A DNA stretch of 64,000 bases, taken from NCBI GenBank assembly GCA_963693365.1, contig CAVNZM010000010.1, positions 2,356,001 to 2,420,000 of the forward strand. Direction: 5' to 3'. Under the pieces are notes generated by a model. The model made no database searches, had not been told where the DNA came from, and saw only the letters and a list, made by a program, of their open reading frames with translations. The number at the start of each line of letters is the position of its first letter. The stretch's first letter is position 1. This DNA comes from Amoebidium appalachense. Its lineage: Eukaryota > Protista > Ichthyosporea. The position numbers and the translations under genes are program-made. Below are positions 30,345 through 64,000 of this stretch, piece by piece.

Positions 30345-32964
30345 GATGCTGGTGTGGTGACGACCGTGGCGTGCGGGTCTGGAAGAAGGGTGATCTGTGG
30401 TGCAGATGTTATGCTTAGTTTCAGCATCAGCGGTCTGAAATTCCGAGATAATGTGCGGGTTCACGGTTGAGTAGCTCGGTATTTGGCCGCTGGGGCATTC
30501 AAGTGTTCAACTTCAAATGGTAATCACATCACATCACAACGCATGGCTGTGGCCCACCCGCCAAAGGGGAGCGAACTGTTCCTTGCCTACCACAGTATAG
30601 TGCTTAAGGCGTAAATTACTGCTAGGAACACTCAAAACGTAAGGTTGGTCCATACCTTTTTTCCAACTGGAAGAGTTACAAGATGTGCTGGTGCTGGTAG
30701 CTCACGAATGCACGGCTCCCTTGAGGTTGCACTCGTAGCCTTCGTTTGCGAGGCCCTTTTGGGGGAAAAGAAAACTTTAAAACTGAGATTTATGTCTTTA
30801 TAACCGGTCTCTGCCACTTGTTTGAGTTCAAATGCACTGCGGTAACGGGCAGCTATCGTGGAAAATCAAGCAGCCAAAATAAGAAAACAGCCCCCAGTCG
30901 CGTGTTTTGCCTGGTTCTTGGAGTGAACAGACAAGCGCACGCGCAACAGTAAGCCTGCCGGATACTATTGCTATGGTATGAGTGCAAATAAGTAATGCAG
31001 AGGCAACGTGTTTTCTCGGTGCCATGCCGGGGGTTACAGAGGTTGAGGACGCGCGTGTCTTTTTCCTTTTTGCTCAGGCGTCTACATTCTAACCTCAGCA
31101 GCCTATTGTGGGCGGTGAATTGGTTTTGTACAACAGAACCACACACGGCAGGAAGAACCGTGGGTGTGCTCCTTTCCCCGGATCGTTATGAAACAGTAGA
31201 TGATAGATGGCTTTTTCTTTTCGCCAGAGAAAACTTAGTGCACTATCACAAATGTACAAGACAATTCTGCTCTCAAGCGTCTCTGCCCTGCTTGCAAGCA
31301 ACCGTATAGGTCAGGCAAGCACCCACCCCATGGAAATCTGGTCAACATCACGTGTTACGTTGAATGGTTCGTAGCACCATGGTCTTTTGCTTTGGGCGAC
31401 CCTATATGATATAACGAACGTCCTGTTCTTGCCACAAACAAGAATAATAACATTTTAGAAGTCCTTGTTTTGGTTCCAAGGCTTTCGTTTTCTTCAGGCT
31501 GTCGCGCAGTGTGTCTGGGGCGGTGCCCGGGGTTCCCCGCGCGCACGCACCGTGCGAAGTGTAGACCAGAGCCAGTCGCACCCTATTGGCGAACGGCGCA
31601 CCCATGGAGCGATCCTATTGGTGGAATGTTTGGGCGCATCTTCAACACGGAGGAGGGCAAAACCTAGGCTATCAGCTCACACAGGCAGGACAGGCTCGAC
31701 AGAGTTTTCATAAGCGTCCGTTTTTTCCTGTTTCTTCGCCATTCCTGATGAAAAATAGCAAACGAGGCAGCATTTACTGGGCATGTAATAAGTAATACAT
31801 AGGCGAAGACCCTGAGAGACGCATAGAGACGTATTGAAGGCTGCTTCCAAATCGTCGTCCTGCAATTATAGAGTTAGCCACAAAGCTGCGGGCAGGACAG
31901 GTCTCAATCACCGTTGAAGCAGGCGTAGATCCCACGTTGCATAGAGCCTAGCAAGGACCTAGCAGGGGAGAAACGTAAATCGTAGCATTCAAATTGAAGT
32001 CAGTTTTTTGATTTGGGCACAATGAGCATTTAAGTTGACCCATAGCCGTGCTGGTTGAACAGAAGGAGCGCTTCAAATCTTGTCGGGCGAAGGAGAAAGA
32101 GGCTAAAGCAAGAAAATGTTTCTGTTCACTAAGCTAAGAAACACAGGTGAGTGAAGCTGCATATATGGTTGCTCCGACGTTTTTATTAAACGCCTGTTTT
32201 TTGTTCGGTCTATCGATACCTTGTTTAGGGGTTTCGTTTCGGGCTTGCAGTTACAACTGTGGTGAAAGCATTTACTATATGTTGTCTGTGTGGATGTCCC
32301 GGCAAGGGCTACACATTCAAGGGACATGTCATGCACACCTGCCTACTTGCCATGGTTTTTAGGAACTTTACGCTAATGGTCCTGTTTGTGCTTGCTTGGG
32401 CTTTTATAAGAGTGTGTCTGTTGGGAACCAGAGGTATTGGTGTAAGTGGATCTTCGCTCCTTCTATTGTATGTAGGCTTTTTATTACGTCTGTGTGTGCA
32501 GATAACTAGGCCTCATGCCACTAAAAATCTTCTATTCCTCTTCTAGTGCGCGAAATTCTGGATAAGGGACGAAAGGGGATGTATTAAGGCTGCACAAGTT
32601 ACTCTCAGGACGCTCGAGCAAGTGTGTGATCTAGTGTGTTCTTGCCATAGGTTGTGTCTAGGTTGTGTCTAAGCCCTTCATAGTGTGTTTTTGTGCAACG
32701 GGTTGCCTGTCAGGCCTAGTCATATCCTATCAATTTCTCTATGCACGGTTTGTGTGTCGTGTTCCCCATGCGTTAGTGTGGGTGAATCTCTTTTGTGGAT
32801 TCTATTTTTTAGAAGGTGTTATAAACGACTGCACACACTAACTACACTGAGCCACTGCTGTCGTCTCTGCCAATTCCTGTTCCCTTGCAGTTCTCGGTCA
32901 ACTATTATGGTTCTAGTGGCCCGTTAGACAGATACCACACATTCACTCTCGCTAGAAGGAATGG

Positions 32965-58291
<25,327 letters not shown>

Positions 58292-58933
58292 GAATATTCC
58301 ATTGAAGCGAAATTCGAAGCATATGGGTTAAAGGGTGTGGTATTATTCACGCGAATTATGAAAGAGTTAAAGGATATTTGCGTGCTTGGTTTCATAGATC
58401 GAGTATGGTGGCATGTATTAGGTGCTTGTGCTTGCATAAATTCTTGGACACTTCCATGAAATGGAGCGGTATTCTTAAACTGTGAAAGCGACTAAGAGAT
58501 ATTTTGTAGTGTGGTTTCGAGTGGGTAAACTTTCTTCTGAAGCATTTTTTTATTCTGCATATTAGGTATATACTTTTATACGCCATGCTAAGTTCTTTGT
58601 TAACATTTCTCCATGCACATGTAGGAATGCTAGGCATCACACCAATATCTGCCTCACTAGAACTACTGCAGCACGAAATGATTATTACATAATATGAATG
58701 CAGAGTTATCAAATGGTCACTACATACCCTACAATAGCTAATGACGGTCTACCCCCATTTCTTCTATGGTATACGTTGTTAAATCTCATGCGCATACACG
58801 TCAATAAAAAGTCATAGCCGCCATACGCACTCAGCCCCCCCCCCCCCCCCCCCCAAAAAAAAAAAAAAAAAAAAAAAATTCCACAAACGCACACACACAC
58901 ACACAAAGGCACGTGCATGCGTGCGCGCGCGTG

Positions 58934-58977
<44 letters not shown>

Positions 58978-59106
58978 TACACAAACCATGCTGACTGTGC
59001 CTGTAGATGGGGGAGATATTTTGCATGAGACGACACAGGTAAGGGGGAGGGTAACGATGTAAAGGCACTGCTAGGAACTAATAAAATTTTGGGGGAGGGA
59101 GGGGAG

Positions 59107-59141
<35 letters not shown>

Positions 59142-59965
59142 GCGCATGGACAAATGTATAACCGAGCGAGATGCAGAAGGCTTTTACTCAGAGTATTTTC
59201 TTTCTGAATGATTTTCTTTCTTTCTTTCTTTTTTTTTAAAAAAAGAGGGGTTTTCCCCCCTTTTTTTTCCGCCCCGGGGGGGGGGGGGGGGGGGGGGGGG
59301 GGGATAACGACGGTGTGTGATTGATTACCTTGCACGTGAGTATGTGCAGGATTGATTGGTCTGGTTCAGCTACTGTATAACCATACCATTTTCCCCATCT
59401 TAAGTTTTCCGACTCTTATCACCGTTGCCTGATCCCACAATCAACTGCCGATAATGAGTGAAACTGTAGGCTAAGCTGGGGCTTGGCCAAAACTATCGGG
59501 CAGCCTAGCCCTTTGTCCATCATTTGATCAATGCACACTGTTGGTTGTCTTTGAAATTAGTTATTATATGTATTATTGTTTTTATATTTTTTTTTTCCCC
59601 ACTTTGTTCCTGGAGGGACCCCCGGGGGATCCTGATGGGACCTACCGTCTTCCACTGGCAGCACCGACTGTACCCTAATTAGGGAGCTAAAGGTGCAATC
59701 AGGCTGCTAAGCCAACTCACCGTTTCCAATCCTAAACTACTGGTACACACTTAGCCCCGTGTTTACACCCTGCAGCCTCGCCGCCCTTGGGGGTGAACAT
59801 ATGGAGCAAATCCCAGGCCTGTTGGATCTGCAGTTGTTACTATATGAATCCAGTGACTGTATTTGCTGTCAGGAAGTTGGGGCATATGGGACCCAATAGC
59901 GTACGCTTAAGTTAACCTGTGAAAAGCGTTGCAATATTAGGAAAAACTTGATTAATATTATTTAG

Positions 59966-59998
<33 letters not shown>

Positions 59999-60484
59999 AT
60001 CACCCCCTCCCCTCCTCTCCTCCCCCCCTCCCCCTCCCCCCACCCACCAAGGTCAAGGTTTGTTTGTGAGTCAGGATCAACAGTCGTCCAGCTGTGTCAC
60101 GTTGTACACCGTTGGCAAACATTTTACATCCCATTATGCGAGTAACAGTAAAAGGGAATGTAGACACAAGTTATGGTTTCGGGGAATAAATTGAATGCGA
60201 GAGTGTAACTGTGAACGGGCCTGCGTCTGCCTTGAAAGCATCCGAGTAAAAGAATTGGTGAGCGCATGCGTGCATGTGTCAGCCTGTGACCGCAAGTTCA
60301 TGTGTGTGCATGCGCCTTATGCATGATGGTCAAGGCAGTGTGGGCATGTACCAATGATGTAGATGCGAGACATTGGCCAGTGCACTTGTGTTTGTTTGTT
60401 AGGAAGGAGAACCAGGAGAAAGGAAAGGTTCCACTTCAAGTGTACCATGCAAACAAACTAGGAGTTTAGGCAGGGACAACCATG

Positions 60485-60516
<32 letters not shown>

Positions 60517-60633
60517 TAATGGAGGGCAAGTACTCCACCATCAGAAATCAAGTTTGCAGCTCCAACAACGTTTGCGTTTTTCTGGGAGAGAGAGAGAGAA
60601 ACAGAGACAGATATATATACATATATATATCAT

Positions 60634-60735
<102 letters not shown>

Positions 60736-61137
60736 ACTCGGCAAGAATGCATCTTTTCAAGAGACTCGAAGTATTGGTTCCTTCTGCTTTTTCTTGCCCG
60801 CACTACTGGATTGCAAGCCCGTCGTTTTTGGCCGAATACTATAGGTTTTCCCACAATCAACGGCCCAAAATGAGCTCAAATATTAACTGGTCGTAAACAT
60901 ATTGTTGAATGGCCATGCCATCCCTATCGAGGATACTGTTGTCTTCTGAATCATGTGCACCTCTGGTGCGAAAAAGAAACGAACATAAAGCTCTCGTAGG
61001 TGGCTAGAAAATATGCAAAAGGAATTCGAAACGGAGAGAAAGCCACTTTATTTCCCTCGCCTCCCCTCCCCCTTGCCCCATCCCAATATGGCATCCTCTT
61101 AGGTCTCTCTCTCTCCCTTTCTCTCTCCCTCCCTCTC

Positions 61138-61216
<79 letters not shown>

Positions 61217-61357
61217 CCCCCCCCCCCCCCCCCCCTCTCTCTCTCTCTGCCTCTCCCCCTCTCTCCTCTCTCTCTGTCTCTTTCTCTGTTTCACACACTC
61301 TCTCTGTCCCCCCCCCCCCCCCCCCCCCCCCCCCCTCTCTCTCTCTTTCGAAACGGG

Positions 61358-61394
<37 letters not shown>

Positions 61395-61848
61395 GGGGAA
61401 CCCAACTAATTGATTCTTCTTAGTCTTTATGATGCCTCGTGGAGAAAGTAAACCCTGATATATAATCATTACCCGACATCTATGTACTTGATCATGATAT
61501 ATCGCTGAGGGGATATTCCGAGCAAAACCCCCCCATACCTGAGACTGGTCTCTCTTTGCCTCGAGTAAACAGTGTAAACCCCCTCTAACACTACCGTTTC
61601 TGAATGGTACGGGCCTCCCAAGAGAGAATCTGAAAGACTCGAGGCCCCGGTACGGTAACCCAGGCCTGCAACTGGCTGTGGGCAGACTCACGCGCCTTAT
61701 AGCCTGCCGTGGGCCCATGCAAGTCCTGGCACTGCCACGAGGCATCGACATTGTGACGGACATTAAACTGAATTATTGTTGGAAACTTGTTTTGTCGAAT
61801 ATTCCAGTTCTGAGTCTTCTTGCTGAAAATGATTATCCACATTTCTGA

Positions 61849-61888
<40 letters not shown>

Positions 61889-62114
61889 CCCCAACATACA
61901 AAGGATAGTATATCATATGCATACAAAAGAGACACGTGTATGGTAAGAAAAAAAAAAAAATACACCCACTCCCCTGCCCGACATACTATATACACGACAC
62001 TGTACACTGGTGCATACTGCCATGATCGGGGCAGCTTGACCCATATGCATGCCGTATTGATGCCAGCATGAGGCTCTACCCCCCCCCCCCTCCCCCCCCC
62101 CCCCATATACATAT

Positions 62115-62166
<52 letters not shown>

Positions 62167-63689
62167 AAAAAAAAATCTCTTTTCAACATTTCTTCTTAAT
62201 CCATGGCCACGAATCAACACAACCACAACCACAAACAACAAACGATGTATGTCGCACACACAAACCTTTCACAATTTACCCTGTCCTCATAACAGGGGTC
62301 TTGAAAGATGATGCCTACAGATCTCGCAACTAACTGGGTTACGGTGGCCCGCCGGCGGGTTAATAGGAGCAAAGACAAAAAAAAAATTGTAGAGAAGAAA
62401 AAGAAATGGGGGGAGACGGGGGTGGGGATTGGGGGGGGTGAGGGGGGGATGTGGGGACCGGTCGTAATGGGAAAGACTACACTAGGCTACCCTGAGACAT
62501 CTGCGCCCGCTTCTAAAAGAATTTGTTGGCGGTTTCAAGTCCTGTCTTACTTTCTTTCTGTAAAACAGTTTACCTCACGACGGTCGGTTTCACGATTTCA
62601 GGCACCTGAAACTAACTGGCCTTCCCATTTCACATGACCACAGTAGAAGTATGCATATGTGTACGTTGTTTGTCCCACAATCAAACACTCCAATTAATGC
62701 ATTTGGGTGGGCGGGCTTTTTTTTTATATTATAGCCAAATCGGCCTAGCCAGGCCCCTGGGCCACTGCGATTCATGCACATGATCACACAAACATCGTGC
62801 ATAGGGGCTCGCTACTGATTTCTATGGCTACGCCATATTGATTGGCTCAACCTCTGTCGCCTGCACAAAGGCCGCCCCACAAAACTTGCAGAAGAACTCG
62901 GTGATAATCATATATATGATCATGAAAATGAAGTTTGATCAAGATGACAAGGGGAGGGAGCCTCAGGAGGAACAGACTGCCGTCACTGTGCACAGCCACG
63001 GGAGGGAAAGATGTGTGTATGTGTGTGTGCCTGTTGTTGGTCCGTGCACACGTGCAGATGTTTGTGTGTGGAGGGAGAGAGGGGAGGGAGGAGGAGGGGG
63101 GAGGAGGGGGGGGGGATTCGAGGACTGCATCGGTTGCCTTCCGAACAACCTCTAATGTGTCAACAGAGCTCTCACTTCGTTTGATTTTTTTATTTTTTTT
63201 GGTTGGCTTTTTGCACTTTTCTTATTTTTTTCGTTTTTCAATTTTTATCCTTTGGATTGTCAGAGAGAGAGTATATCAATTCTTTGCCTAGCCCTCATAA
63301 ACAATTTTAGGACGCCCAACAGAAAAGCGCCAAAACATACATATAGTTGTTTTTGTTTTTGAGATTCTACGCTTAAAAGGCAGGAATGCATCTTTCCGGG
63401 GGTAGATAATATAGACATAACACAAAATTTCTGACACATGCGAAACAAAAAGGGAACCTGATAGGAACCCGAAAATTAGTGCTATATGCCCATCTCGAGC
63501 CATTATTTTATGCTATCACGGATATAGGACATGCACATAGAAAAAATCAACCTCCAAATCACAAATGTTGCAAATGTCCATGATTCAGAGACACTTATGC
63601 AACGAAACAGTGCCCCAACGTAGAGATTTGCATGGGCTTTGAAAAGATATTAGATCTGACAAATAAAGCAAAATCACATGGTGAATACC

Positions 63690-63734
<45 letters not shown>

Positions 63735-64000
63735 CACACACACACACAAACACACCCTTCAACACACGAACACCCAAAAACAACAACATAAATTACCGAG
63801 AAAATGAAAAAAGAAGAAGGGAAAGAGATAAAAAGTGGGGCCGGAAAGACATAAAAATAAGGCCCACACCGCCTCTGCAAAAGTAGGGGAGAGTCAAAAA
63901 CACGGGAAAAAAAAAAAAAGAAAAAGAAAAAAAGAAAAAGGAATACGTCAGACGGTAGCAGCCACGGCAGCCAGCTCATTGAATGCGTTTTCCACGCAGC

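Noticed and set aside
32116-32146. ATG...ACAG|GTGAGT as first coding exon of the RhoGAP gene
   Set aside because: The donor is strong, but phase 1 does not fit the downstream acceptors I could find. It may be a 5' UTR exon; the start remains unresolved.
30480-32960. tRNA, rRNA or other structured RNA in the repeat-free intergenic region
   Set aside because: No cloverleaf or A/B-box pair and no rRNA signature were recognised by eye; it is most likely promoter or 5' UTR sequence with CCAAT boxes.
59580-59930. Complex sequence next to a T-run as the 3' end of a LINE/SINE on the minus strand
   Set aside because: No recognisable RT/endonuclease motif, TSD or second copy in the window.
62845-64000. 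Possible 3' exons of a minus-strand gene at the window edge (CVENAFNELAAVAATV; DGSLFLLRLP)
   Set aside because: The fragments are too short and no consistent splice chain could be built; sequence beyond the window is needed.

Overview
This is intron-rich eukaryotic genomic DNA. Most of the long ORFs in the track are artefacts of (CA)n/(GT)n and poly-C/poly-G tracts. A unicellular holozoan source is plausible, inferred from an animal-like IQGAP-type CH domain, but it cannot be proven here. The real content, in order: (1) 484-7656, a decayed P-superfamily (THAP) DNA transposon with an extra internal TIR copy and a nested piggyBac-like element flanked by non-canonical TTAC repeats. (2) 8591-27351 (-), a ~24-exon PMS2 (MutL-alpha endonuclease subunit) gene with one GC-AG intron. 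(3) Two small, convergent, intronless genes for hydrophilic proteins (28306-28755 +, 30105-30344 -). (4) ~32965-58291 (+), a gene of ~30+ exons with an unusual architecture: IQGAP-type CH, IQ-like motif, C1, C2, RhoGAP. It contains a recent tandem exon duplication. Introns carry two non-autonomous TIR elements with perfect 9-bp TSDs (AcademH/Mutator-like), a MITE family, and a ~100-bp repeat family that lies in host-gene sense orientation in every copy I recognised. Exon coordinates were read by hand and may be off by a base or two. A few 1-nt frame discrepancies sit at short homopolymers and are probably sequencing errors.
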